NCBI GenBank assembly: GCA_965205015.1
Contig: OZ242029.1
Span: 5,376,001-5,440,000 of the forward strand
DNA: 64,000 bases
DNA from: Candidatus Poribacteria bacterium
Lineage (GTDB): Bacteria; Poribacteria; WGA-4E; WGA-3G
Reading direction: 5' to 3'
Part shown: positions 20,901-29,197 of the stretch, one piece after another
Numbering within the stretch: position 1 is the stretch's first letter
How the letters are laid out: each line of letters opens with the position of its first letter
Made by a program: the position numbers and the translations under genes
The notes under the pieces: model-generated
The model's input: only the letters and a program-made list of their open reading frames with translations
What the model was told of the DNA's origin: nothing
The model's database searches: none

Positions 20901-21024
20901 GTGTGACGGCTTTCACTTCAAAACCGTGAAGATGTTGCCCTGGGGAAAGGTTAACGGGTGGATGTTGAGAATCTGTTCTGTTTTGTGGAGATGTATTGGG
21001 TGCATTATTCTGTTCTGAATGCAT
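17947..21024 (-). CDS. M16C (PreP/presequence protease-like) zinc metallopeptidase
   Basis: Inverted zinc motif HILEH, TFKREGHH, GIVYNE, YFHPKN, EVRLKGNAY; 1025 aa. Confidence 0.9.
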   Translation of the reverse strand: MHSEQNNAPNTSPQNRTDSQHPPVNLSPGQHLHGFEVKAVTPIDELRAVAIELLHPHSGARLLHLYTDDTKNWFSISPITPTLDDTGLQHILEHSVMAGSRNFPVKEVFFEMIKMSLATFDDANAMNWFDHAFYYASSNVKKDLFNLAAVYFDSIFYPLLTEDTFKREGHHLEPVDPEQPTRDLKINGIVYNEQKSGLSDPEYHSYSVVTGGLLPDTCYALDSGGNSLVMPDLTYEQFKSYHQTYFHPKNCYFFCYGNIPTSDYLTFLADKLAAMPKTETNGFLHPLRPEITHPSKWKTPRTGHDTYLIGADESTAEKTYLMLNWLIGDATDPEDVVLCRILSLILIGNEGSPLRKSIIDSKLGTDLFDNRFLMRPGVNTIGPHSTFHIGLTGSEADRIEAFTELVVNTLAQIADTEIDTETVNAAFQQITYDYQEVTPRFPFQMMARVINTWIYEKEPTLFLKMGSVLSVIRQRWEQNPRIFNKLIREKLLNNQHRLTTVLSPDPGMQARLNANENARLKSIRSQLTDEQMIDIAADAAELERLNEQPNSSEDLAKLPQLRVADLPEKSLHISTSVETVSGRPLLRSNVFSNGVNYLTLNFDLQGLPQHLWQYLPRYTDAIHKLGAGSIDYAKMAQRTAAATGGLECAPNFSTHALDTGRTLCNMQFQLKVLDGKMGDALDVLHDLIFAVNPRNTGRLRDVLNQAVTECRTTLMNKPRFPYGLASATYHAARGFSPQAYLSEIVFGLPQLRTSETLLNRFDESHEELCAYIEQIRDFLLVRGRVTASFTGSDAAFGSLEKKFAAWIGDMRNEPITPASMGFKPFDTPPREGLAVPMQIANCTYAIPAPHYSHPDSAFLSIGAQILWLGYIMTEVRLKGNAYLPCFAYDPLDACLYQGSCADPHIARTLNVFERTADYIKQVEWTQADIDRAIIATATDYQKTIRPGQASTDALTHHLTGQTHEGLEERYAQLRRATPTEVKRALLQTLEENKDKASICVVASREKLEAENQKMTRPLSIENILE

Positions 21025-21231
21025 TCTAACCTCTATCCTTTCGTGTTGCTATAACGTGAATGAGACTTCGGTCTGAAAGGAGAACAGTCTCCCACAGACC
21101 GAAGTCGACCGGAAACAGTCGTATTTCAATCAAACATATTCTTGACCGAGAAAGCTCTATTTCCGGTCCCTCTATGCGCGTATTGTTACTACAAACGAGT
21201 CCCTAAAAGGTTGCCTATTTCCATATACTAC

Positions 21232-21246
21232 GCAATATTTATGCCA
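21232..21246 (-). promoter_or_regulatory. Sigma54 (-24/-12) promoter upstream of the peptidase-ABC operon
   Basis: Minus strand TGGC-ATAAATA-TTGC gives exact GG-N10-GC spacing. Palindromes at 21266-21279 and 21327-21343 lie upstream. Confidence 0.65.
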
Positions 21247-21438
21247 ACGGTAATTGCTTGAAATAGCGGAAATTTCCGCGGATTGTCTGCCAAATTGGCT
21301 ACAATCTTAAAAGGGTGGCAATTTCATAGGTCAATTTGACCTACTATCATCCTTTCTCTTTCTTGTTAGTGACGCGGTTTAGAGCCGAAAAGGGTGCATG
21401 ATTTTGTAAAAAATCGCAAAAAGTGGAAGATCGTGTTT

Positions 21439-22464
21439 TTATTCCTGCCAGATACCGATTTCGCGATAGAAACGGATGGCACCCGGGTGAAAAGACGTGC
21501 CTGTATCTTTGACGACATTTTTCGGATTAATGGCTTTGCCGGCACCGTGCCGTTTCACGACTTCCGCCCGATGCGTATACACGGTCTTCGTGAACTCGTA
21601 GACGATGTTTTCATCTGCGTTTTCAGCGGTGATGAGGTGCATCGCGCCTACGTTCATACTGGCAAACGGCTCCGTCTGTCCTTTGTAGGTATTCGCGGGA
21701 ATAGTTATTGCATTAAAGAAAGGGTAATCTGCGAAGAGGGACTGTTTCGCTGCGTCGTCGAATGGAATGAAGAAGATGTCTTGAGACGTACTGGCTTGCG
21801 TAGCGGCTGGTGTTGGGACCGCACCGCCGACGAATGCAGCGGCAGCGGAACCATCCGCTAACAAATCTACCGCCCCGATATAAGTGCTATTGATCGGTGT
21901 GAAATCGTCGTAGGTGATACCGTGTGCTGCCAGTATCGGTTTAAGGAAGTACTCGAAGCCTGCCCCTGCTGGACCCACAACAATCCGTTTACCGGCGAAG
22001 TCTCGAATGCTACGAACACCGGAGGACTGGGGTGTAAGGAACAGTCCAACATTGGGCGCAAGCGTCATGACGGTTTGGATGGTGTGTTCGGTTGCCCAGG
22101 CACCTTCGCCGCGCACGGCAAAATAAGAAATTGCGGCGTTAGCGAGCGCGAATTCCAGTTCACCGTTCACGATGCGTCGGATGTTTTCCTGTGTGCCTTT
22201 CGTGGCTTCGGCGGTCACTTCCCAGTTCGCTTCTGAGACGTTACCGTCAACGACCTCGGCGATTGCCGAACCGACGACGAAGAACGCACCACCTGCAGGG
22301 GCGGTGCCGATACTGATATAGCGGCGTTTTGTGGAATTATCGTTCACTAACTGGGCAGGTGTATCGCCCTTTTCATTTTCGGCAGCCTTTTGTTTTGCAG
22401 TATTGTCGCACCCGATGGCGAGTATAACGCAGATGATTGACAGATAGGACAGTATTAATTTCAT
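21439..22464 (-). CDS. TAXI family TRAP transporter solute-binding lipoprotein
   Basis: Lipobox LAIGC, ISIGTAPAGGAF, EATKGTQEN, FHPGAIRFYRE. Confidence 0.9.
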   Translation of the reverse strand: MKLILSYLSIICVILAIGCDNTAKQKAAENEKGDTPAQLVNDNSTKRRYISIGTAPAGGAFFVVGSAIAEVVDGNVSEANWEVTAEATKGTQENIRRIVNGELEFALANAAISYFAVRGEGAWATEHTIQTVMTLAPNVGLFLTPQSSGVRSIRDFAGKRIVVGPAGAGFEYFLKPILAAHGITYDDFTPINSTYIGAVDLLADGSAAAAFVGGAVPTPAATQASTSQDIFFIPFDDAAKQSLFADYPFFNAITIPANTYKGQTEPFASMNVGAMHLITAENADENIVYEFTKTVYTHRAEVVKRHGAGKAINPKNVVKDTGTSFHPGAIRFYREIGIWQE

Positions 22465-22519
22465 GAGAGTCTCCTATAGATTATGGTTGCTTCGGGCTTA
22501 TAAGCCTTTCGATTCCATA

Positions 22520-23782
22520 TTAATTCAGCGGCATTTCAGGTGGAAATGGGCACATTTCTGCCATTGCTGGGAAGATGTGCGTTACATCTTTCCTAAACAC
22601 ATCTCCACTCAAGATGTCAACGATGCCTCCCTGATGCTCTGGGTATTCTGACAGGAACCGCGCGAAACTGAATTCCTTTGTATAAAAAGCGTAGACGAGT
22701 TTCCGAAATGCCTCCATCCCCTTTACAAATTCGGGTCCAAAACTTCCAAGTTGCGTTTCGGAGAAGTCATTTTTATCGAACGCTTCGATGATAACATCCG
22801 CTGCCATCTCACCAGATTTGAGTGCAAGAAACAGTCCTGTCGAATAAACGGGATCCAAGAATCCGAATGCGTCGCCTACGAGCACCCAGTTGTTGCCCGC
22901 GATACGACTCGCACGGTAGGAGAAATCTTTCGTGGTTTGGATGGGAAAAAGTTGCTTCGCGCCTTTGAGCCGTTGTTGCAATGGCGTGCACTTCGTGAGC
23001 TCTTCGGTAAAAATTTTTTCGACATTGAGTTTGCCCTCGGTATCCCTTCGATGCTGAAGGAGGTAGTCCAACTCACCCACAACCCCGATGCTCGTGCGGT
23101 TATAAGGGAGCGGAATCGACCAGAACCAAGAATCCTTCGCTTCGGTGTGTAGGATAAGCGTCGCGCCTTCATCAATGCCTTCGTCTCTATGTCCACCTTC
23201 GTAATGTGTAAAGAGCGATGCCATTTTCAGGTTCGGTTCTATCGTATTCAGATTCAGCTGCCTTCCGATGAGGGACCGCTGTCCGGTAGAATCAACAATG
23301 ACGGTGGCGTTAAGGGTTTCACGGGTGCCATCTATACCCTGCGTAACGACACCTGTTGCCGTATCTCTTGCAAAGAGGACTTCTCGCACACCGAGTCCCC
23401 TGCGGATTTCTACACCTTTCTCTTTCGCATTGTCCAAGAGCATCTCGTCGAATTCACTCCGTAAGACCTGCCATGTAACAGCACTTTCATGCGGGTTGGT
23501 TTGAAAGAAGTAGAACGGCGTGGAGGCTTTACCGGAGCGTGAATAGAACTGTACACTGTACTTCTGAGGGAAATGGCTCGTCCGTAGTTTTTCGAGCATA
23601 CCGAGTCGCTTGAAGGTCCAATACGTGGCGGGGATCAACGATTCCCCGATTTTGAATTTCGGTTCAGCTTCCCGTTCAAGAAGCAGCACGCGATACCCTT
23701 GTTCCGCGACGAGCGTTGCCACAGTGCTGCCGGCGGGTCCGCCCCCGATAACGATGGTGTCGTAGGTGTGATGTCTGTTCAT
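22520..23782 (-). CDS. Flavin-dependent halogenase-like FAD oxidoreductase
   Basis: GGGPAG, IGESL, putative catalytic K in FPQK, WxWxIP motif (WFWSIP), GDA.FLDPVYSTG. Start uncertain (23782 or 23836). Confidence 0.8.
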   Translation of the reverse strand: MNRHHTYDTIVIGGGPAGSTVATLVAEQGYRVLLLEREAEPKFKIGESLIPATYWTFKRLGMLEKLRTSHFPQKYSVQFYSRSGKASTPFYFFQTNPHESAVTWQVLRSEFDEMLLDNAKEKGVEIRRGLGVREVLFARDTATGVVTQGIDGTRETLNATVIVDSTGQRSLIGRQLNLNTIEPNLKMASLFTHYEGGHRDEGIDEGATLILHTEAKDSWFWSIPLPYNRTSIGVVGELDYLLQHRRDTEGKLNVEKIFTEELTKCTPLQQRLKGAKQLFPIQTTKDFSYRASRIAGNNWVLVGDAFGFLDPVYSTGLFLALKSGEMAADVIIEAFDKNDFSETQLGSFGPEFVKGMEAFRKLVYAFYTKEFSFARFLSEYPEHQGGIVDILSGDVFRKDVTHIFPAMAEMCPFPPEMPLN

Positions 23783-23848
23783 CTGTACGTTTTCAATGGG
23801 AGATATTCTGTTCTGTCTTAAGATCGCCGCAGTCAATCCACAGCTTCT

Positions 23849-23896
23849 TCATTTAATGATAGCTTCTTGATTATTTGTGATTCTTCCGACAATCAT
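23849..23896 (-). pseudogene. 15-codon stub resembling the N-terminus of a clan AA aspartic protease
   Basis: MIVGRITNNQEAIIK*, translationally coupled (ATGA) to the stop of the 89-aa ORF. Confidence 0.45.
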
Positions 23897-24162
23897 TGTG
23901 TTGGTGCCGAGATCTTAAAGCCGATCCGGTAAGCAGCCGGAAACCCGATCCGTAAACCGTAAACAGTCGCATCCGGGTGCTTGGCAAGAAGGTTGTCTGT
24001 AGCTACCAAATCCTCATCAGCAATCGCATAATCCCCTGTTTTGATGTCAATTGCCAAGAATTTTCCTTTGTGCATGGATTCAACTTTGTTACGTATGTTT
24101 TGCTGATAAAGTGCTTCGCCGCGGGCAGCAATAGTTTCAGAGGTGTTATCAGGGTATGACAT
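23893..24162 (-). CDS. Small hypothetical protein (DUF5678-like; family often paired with a clan AA protease)
   Basis: RGEALY, GKFLAIDIKTGDY, HPDA..YGLRIG pattern; AGGAG RBS. Confidence 0.65.
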   Translation of the reverse strand: MSYPDNTSETIAARGEALYQQNIRNKVESMHKGKFLAIDIKTGDYAIADEDLVATDNLLAKHPDATVYGLRIGFPAAYRIGFKISAPTQ

Positions 24163-24411
24163 CGTAATTCTCCTAACATTTGGGAGTCAGATTGTTTCTG
24201 CTGGAAGAGGCAAGTCACAATTACATAGCGCACCTATTGACAGAATTTCCTTACAACAATTGTAACATAAGGTTGCAGCACGCGTCAACTGTGGCGCGAA
24301 GGTGGATCCTGTGTTAATTTACCAAAGACTCGGCAGAAAGCACCCTTGCTTTAGCTGGGTGATGAATGCCGCCCTCTTGGATTAGACCCAAGCGTGATGT
24401 CTAAAAAACAT

Positions 24412-24440
24412 TTGACTTTGGTAGTGAATTGTGGTATAAT
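24412..24440 (+). promoter_or_regulatory. Sigma70 promoter of tnpB
   Basis: TTGACT-17 nt-TATAAT with extended -10 TG. Confidence 0.8.
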
Positions 24441-24447
24441 ATTGTCA

Positions 24448-24520
24448 TACATTGTGGCGGTGGAGACTACCTCTCGCTTGAGAGTGCCACCGCACCGATT
24501 AGTCTCGGTATCACAATGTA
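24448..24520 (+). ncRNA. Structured 5' leader of tnpB (four stems plus pseudoknot)
   Basis: TACATTGTG/CACAATGTA, GCGGTGG/CCACCGC, CTCTC/GAGAG and ACCGA/TCGGT; bulge GACTA is complementary to loop TAGTC. Confidence 0.55.
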
Positions 24521-24531
24521 AAGGAAAGACA

Positions 24532-25692
24532 ATGTATACCACCACCACAATAAAACACCGTAGAACGGATTTTCTCGATTCCCTTGCCCGTGAGTCGGGG
24601 CGTTGCTATTCCAAAGTTGTCTCGCTTGTGAGAAAAACACATGCAAATAAGGACCTGTGGCTTTCTAAAGGCGGCGTTCAAAAATATCTACGTCACCGCG
24701 GGTATGCACTGCATTCCCAAAGTATCCAAGCGTGTGCGGATTCCTATTTTGATGCACTAAATTCGTATTTTCAGGTTCGCAAGGTCAATCCCGATGCGAA
24801 ACCTCCAAAGCGAACGCCAAAGCATTTCAAAGTCCGTTGGAAGTCCACTGCGATTCGTCATAAAGACGGAAAACTTATACTCTCTAATGGGCGTGGACGT
24901 GACCCGATTGTATTAGAAATAGAAGAAATAGAAACAAAACCTCGCTATGTAGAAATGTATTTTCGCCGCGGTTGCTACTATTTCGCGATTGTTGATAAAA
25001 TAGACGTACCACCAAAACAAGAGACAGGTATAGCAGTAGCAGTGGATATGGGCGAGATACACCCGATTGTCTCTCACGATGGCGAAAAAACCCTCATCTA
25101 TAATGGGCGGCTCCTGCGATCTATCGTTCAATATCGAAACAAAGTCAACGCGAATTTCCAAGCCAGTATGAGTCGGTGCCGGAAGCGTTCAAAACGCTGG
25201 TATCAACTTCTGAAGGCAAAACGCCGAACACTTGATAAAATTAACGCACAACTCAAGGATGCCGAACACAAAATCACATCACGCTTTATATCCGACTGCG
25301 AAAAGGCGAAGGCGGATACGATAGTGATTGGAGACCTAAAAGGCATTCGCGACCGCGCAAAGTTTGGCAAAAAGTCTAATCAGAAGATTCACTAGTGGGC
25401 ATTCTCTCGGATAGCAGAGAAAATCTGCTACAAAGCGGAGATGGCAGGTATTCACGTAATGTTTGAATCCGAAGCGTATACCTCACAGACCTGCCCCAAG
25501 TGTGCGAACCGAAAGAAACCTACAAACCGAAACTATCACTGCAAACACTGCGGTTTGAAGTATCACCGCGACGGTGTCGGTGCTATCAATCTATGGTCAA
25601 AAGTATCAGGATATTTGTTGTATCCTGTAGTCGGGGAACTGGCAGCCCCCTTAGGTGTCAAATTTCATTGGCATCTAAGTCGCTCTGGGTAA
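24532..25692 (+). pseudogene. tnpB: TnpB RNA-guided nuclease interrupted by an in-frame TAG at 25393-25395
   Basis: RuvC-I AVDMGE, RuvC-II IGDL, NQKIH*WAF read through in frame to the zinc finger CPKC..CKHC and RuvC-III HRDGVGAINL. Confidence 0.9.
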
Positions 25693-25751
25693 CCAGAGAA
25701 TTGTCCTATAAGGAACAAAGGAATCCCCCGTGCTTTAGCTGGGGGAGGATG

Positions 25752-25985
25752 TCAACTATGTGTTTCTATATGTGCTCGAAGCACCTTATTTATTTCCGCG
25801 TGATAATCTTGTCCTTGTTTTTTGAACCATTCCAAAATTTCATGTTCAATCTGAAGATAATTTTCAGGAACAATCCGCTGAGCATTTTCCCAAAAATCAT
25901 CATCAAGTTCGGGGATATCTGACGTATCAATCGAGTCCTCAGGAAGGCTCTCAATTTCAGAGAGCCGTGTTTTTGAAAACCTCAT
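25752..25985 (-). CDS. BrnA-family antitoxin
   Basis: IDTSDIPELDDDFW, ILEWFK..G.DY..IN.VLR; overlaps the brnT 3' end. Confidence 0.85.
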   Translation of the reverse strand: MRFSKTRLSEIESLPEDSIDTSDIPELDDDFWENAQRIVPENYLQIEHEILEWFKKQGQDYHAEINKVLRAHIETHS

Positions 25986-26259
25986 GATATTTTCTCCTTT
26001 CCTTGGATGTTGCTTTTCTGGCAGAAATAATTCGTGTCTGATTGCCTCGGTTGGTGTGACAAACTACCAACACTACCCCGTCTCCAAGGGGCCCAATGGT
26101 AATCTCTCTAATCTCTTCTTGACCTTTTTCATCGTAATAATCTCTGGGATCGACTCTTGTGAAGTGTACACTTTCAAAAATAAGCACTGCTTCTTCAAAA
26201 CGAATCCCATGCTTTTTGAAGTTCACTCGGTTTTTGTGTTCGTCCCAGCTAAATTCCAT
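25957..26259 (-). CDS. BrnT-family ribonuclease toxin
   Basis: MEFSWDEHK..N.KKHGIRFEEA..F, RIISARKAT.KER. Confidence 0.92.
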   Translation of the reverse strand: MEFSWDEHKNRVNFKKHGIRFEEAVLIFESVHFTRVDPRDYYDEKGQEEIREITIGPLGDGVVLVVCHTNRGNQTRIISARKATSKERRKYHEVFKNTAL

Positions 26260-26431
26260 AATGCTAGCTTGGCTTATTTATACGGTGTTAATATCATCAT
26301 AATACAATATTATAACACAACTCAAAGGATTACATAAGTCCTAATTGATTAACAAAGAGTGGGGGTATAATCTCAATTCATTGCGTCCCAACGCTCAATG
26401 GGTTGTGCGACTACTAACCGAGGCGTGTTTT

Positions 26432-27682
26432 TCATGAGGTCCGCTCATCCGTAAATCGGTTTGATTTAAGCTCCGACCTCGGTAGCGTTCCGAGTGGGAC
26501 TGACTTCACGACGGCGCGCAAACCTAACTCGTCTCGGATCGCAGCAGCTACGAGCGTAGCGGTTTCAGCAGGATTTGGATGCGTAGATTCAATCTGGATT
26601 TCGAGTTCGTCAAGCGTGCCTGTTCCGTAGATGCGTGCCGCGAACTCGCGGACATCCGAAAACTTGAGGATGATGTTTTCGAGTGTCGCAGGATACACGT
26701 TCAGGCCGCGAATGATAACGGCTTTGTCCAATCGTCCGATAACGCCGCCGTCAAGAACACGACTCGCCCGACCGCATTCACACAGTGCTGGTTTGAGCTT
26801 GACGTAGTCTCCCGTCCGGTAACGGATGACGGGCATGCCAACGCGTCCTAAATTTGTTATGACTAACTCGCCCGCGTCCGCGGGATTTCCAGTTTCTGGA
26901 TCGAGGACTTCACAGATAAACTCGTCTTCGTTGAGATGGACACCCGCCTGCGGTTCGCACATAACACCCCAAGCACCGACTTCCGTTGCGCCGGCATGAT
27001 CGTAGGCACGCGCCCCCCAACGGCTCTCAATACGGTGTTTCGTAGCGGGTAGACTCGCCCCAGGTTCACCGGCATGGATTGTCACCCGAATTGAGGATTC
27101 TTCAGATAGATTGATGCCATCCTGTTCTGCGACTTCAGCGAGCCGCAGCGCATACGTCGGTGTCGCAATTAGGACTGTCACGTCGTTGCTGAGAATGGCG
27201 CGTATCCGCTGGTCGGAGGTCATGCCTCCGTTTGGGATTATGAGTGCTCCGAGTTGCTGTGCACCGTGATAGGCACTCCAGAAACCGATAAACGGACCGA
27301 ACGAAAAGGCGATCATGAGTCGGTCCGCTGAAGTTACGCCAGCAGCGCGATAGATTTCGCCCCAGCATTTTCCCCACCAATCCCACGATTCCGCTGTATC
27401 TAACCATCGCAGGGGTGAACCTGTTGTGCCTGAGGTGCGGTGGAGACAGGTATATCGCTCCAACGGAAAGGTGAGATTTGTGCCGTAAGGGGGATGCGAT
27501 ACTTGATCGGTGCTGAGTTCTTCCTTTGTGGTAAACGGGAGCTGCTGGTAATCTGCGAATGATTGTACGTCGTTTGGATGCGTGACCCCAGCTTCGGTGA
27601 GTTTTTGCCGATAGAAGGCGTTGGTATCCAACACGGGAGCAAGCATCTCGCGGAGGCGGTATAATTGTGTGTCTGTATCCAT
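26432..27682 (-). CDS. Phenylacetate-CoA ligase (PaaK-like) family adenylate-forming enzyme
   Basis: LPFTTKEEL, TSGTTG.P, HAGEPG, AGATEVG, IRYRTGD, IRGLNVYP. Confidence 0.88.
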   Translation of the reverse strand: MDTDTQLYRLREMLAPVLDTNAFYRQKLTEAGVTHPNDVQSFADYQQLPFTTKEELSTDQVSHPPYGTNLTFPLERYTCLHRTSGTTGSPLRWLDTAESWDWWGKCWGEIYRAAGVTSADRLMIAFSFGPFIGFWSAYHGAQQLGALIIPNGGMTSDQRIRAILSNDVTVLIATPTYALRLAEVAEQDGINLSEESSIRVTIHAGEPGASLPATKHRIESRWGARAYDHAGATEVGAWGVMCEPQAGVHLNEDEFICEVLDPETGNPADAGELVITNLGRVGMPVIRYRTGDYVKLKPALCECGRASRVLDGGVIGRLDKAVIIRGLNVYPATLENIILKFSDVREFAARIYGTGTLDELEIQIESTHPNPAETATLVAAAIRDELGLRAVVKSVPLGTLPRSELKSNRFTDERTS

Positions 27683-27771
27683 GTTAATAGGTTTATAGTG
27701 AATTTGAAAAATAAATAGACACCTTGTAGGGGCAGGTCTTGTACCTGCTCGCCAATACTGCCTCTGGTGGT

Positions 27772-29112
27772 TTAGGTATATCGCGTGTTCTGATATTCGG
27801 GGGCATAGAACGCCGGGAGCAGGCTATCGACTTGGAGCAATCCGCGTTGCGTCAGTTGAATCTCGTCCGATGCGGCGTTGACCCGCAACATGCCGTCGTT
27901 TTGAAGTTTTTCGTAGGGTTCGGCAAAAGTATTGAGGATGTCTGCGTCGAACTTCGCTTTGAAATAGGAAGGTCTGATCTTTCCGAGTTTGAGTTGCAGG
28001 ATCATTTCCCGCGTCAACCGTTCCGTTTCCGTCGGTTTCAGTGCCCGATAGACTGGGATCCTATCTTCCTCAAGGTGGTTGAGGTAGTCTCCCCACGAAG
28101 GGGCGTTTTGGAAGTGAATCCCGCTGAGGTGTGAGAAGGAGGCGACACCTGTCCCTATCATATCGCTCCCCTGCCATACGGCATCGCGATAGACAAACTG
28201 GCACTGCTTATCTTTCTTGAGTACCGTATACGCGCTGGATTGTGCGTAACCGGCTTGCGTAAACTGTTCAAAGGCGTATTGATGCCATTCGCGTTTCAGT
28301 TTCCAGTCTGCCACGGGTAGTGTATCGCCGCCGAGAATGTCTTTAGAATAAACGGTATTGAACGGCAATTCCAGCTGATAGACGGTAATACTGTCCGGAT
28401 CAAGTTCAATGGTCTTTTTGACGGTTTCTCGCCAACTCTCCCACGTTTCACCTATCATGCCTGAGATGAGGTCGATGTTGACCTGATCGAACGCCAGCGT
28501 CTTTATCCAGGGGACGATGCGATACACCTCTTTGGAAAGGTGTGCTCTGCCGTTTTCGGCGAGGATCTCGTCGTTGAGATTCTCAACACCGAGGCTCAGT
28601 CGCGTTACACCGATCCCTTTGATCGCCTCTACTTTCTTTTCCGTCAAGGTACCGGGTTCACATTCAAAAGCGACCTCTTCAGCGGCATCCCACGGCATGA
28701 CCCGTTTTACGCTGTCAACGAGAGCCGTTAGGTGTTTGACGCTGATATAGGAGGGGGTCCCGCCGCCGAAATAGACGAATTTCAGGGGTCTCCCTGTGAT
28801 TGCGGGTTGTGCGCTGTAAAGTTCGACCTCTTTCGCGAGCGCGTTCAGATACGTGTCGATTTCCGAGCTGTTTTTATCGGTATAGACGCGGAAATAGCAG
28901 AATTTGCACCGTTTACGACAGAAAGGGATGTGGAGGTATAAGCCGAGTGTAGCATCTGGGCGCGGTTGTTCCCTGAGCACTCGTCGCACTTCTGGGACAT
29001 CGGACTCGCCCCATACAGAATACGGTGGGTAGTTGGAGACGAAAACGCTTCCGACGGTGGTGTCTTTTGAGTCTATACCTGCTGTCGCAGGTTCCGGTTT
29101 TGTTTCAGGCAT
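27772..29112 (-). CDS. HemN-like radical SAM protein (coproporphyrinogen III oxidase / class C methyltransferase family)
   Basis: LYLHIPFCRKRCKFCY (CxxxCxxC), YFGGGTPS, RLSLGV, NIDLI. Confidence 0.9.
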   Translation of the reverse strand: MPETKPEPATAGIDSKDTTVGSVFVSNYPPYSVWGESDVPEVRRVLREQPRPDATLGLYLHIPFCRKRCKFCYFRVYTDKNSSEIDTYLNALAKEVELYSAQPAITGRPLKFVYFGGGTPSYISVKHLTALVDSVKRVMPWDAAEEVAFECEPGTLTEKKVEAIKGIGVTRLSLGVENLNDEILAENGRAHLSKEVYRIVPWIKTLAFDQVNIDLISGMIGETWESWRETVKKTIELDPDSITVYQLELPFNTVYSKDILGGDTLPVADWKLKREWHQYAFEQFTQAGYAQSSAYTVLKKDKQCQFVYRDAVWQGSDMIGTGVASFSHLSGIHFQNAPSWGDYLNHLEEDRIPVYRALKPTETERLTREMILQLKLGKIRPSYFKAKFDADILNTFAEPYEKLQNDGMLRVNAASDEIQLTQRGLLQVDSLLPAFYAPEYQNTRYT

Positions 29113-29197
29113 TATTTTAAGCTCCTCTGATTCTTAGTCAAATTCACAATCGAATAAGTTCACATTATTATAACATGAAACGGTAAATCGCGCCAAT

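Larger units (their letters stand above)
24323..25755 (+). mobile_element. Non-autonomous IS200/IS605-family element (tnpB only, IS608-like ends)
   Basis: Left end: TTAC|...AAAG plus hairpin CACCC-TTGCTTTAGCT-GGGTG. Right end: GAAT plus hairpin CCCCC-GTGCTTTAGCT-GGGGG...TCAA|. These match the IS608 cleavage/guide pairs TTAC/AAAG and TCAA/GAAT. No tnpA is present. Confidence 0.88.

Noticed and set aside
21025-21230. RiPP precursor peptide upstream of the peptidase-ABC operon
   Set aside because: Only an 11-codon ORF overlapping the predicted TSS and RBS-less frames are present, and there are no modifying enzymes in the operon.
25393-25395. Pyrrolysine or selenocysteine recoding of the in-frame stops in tnpB and the IS982 transposase
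   Set aside because: The positions correspond to Gln and Arg codons one transition away, and no recoding machinery is visible; nonsense mutation is simpler.
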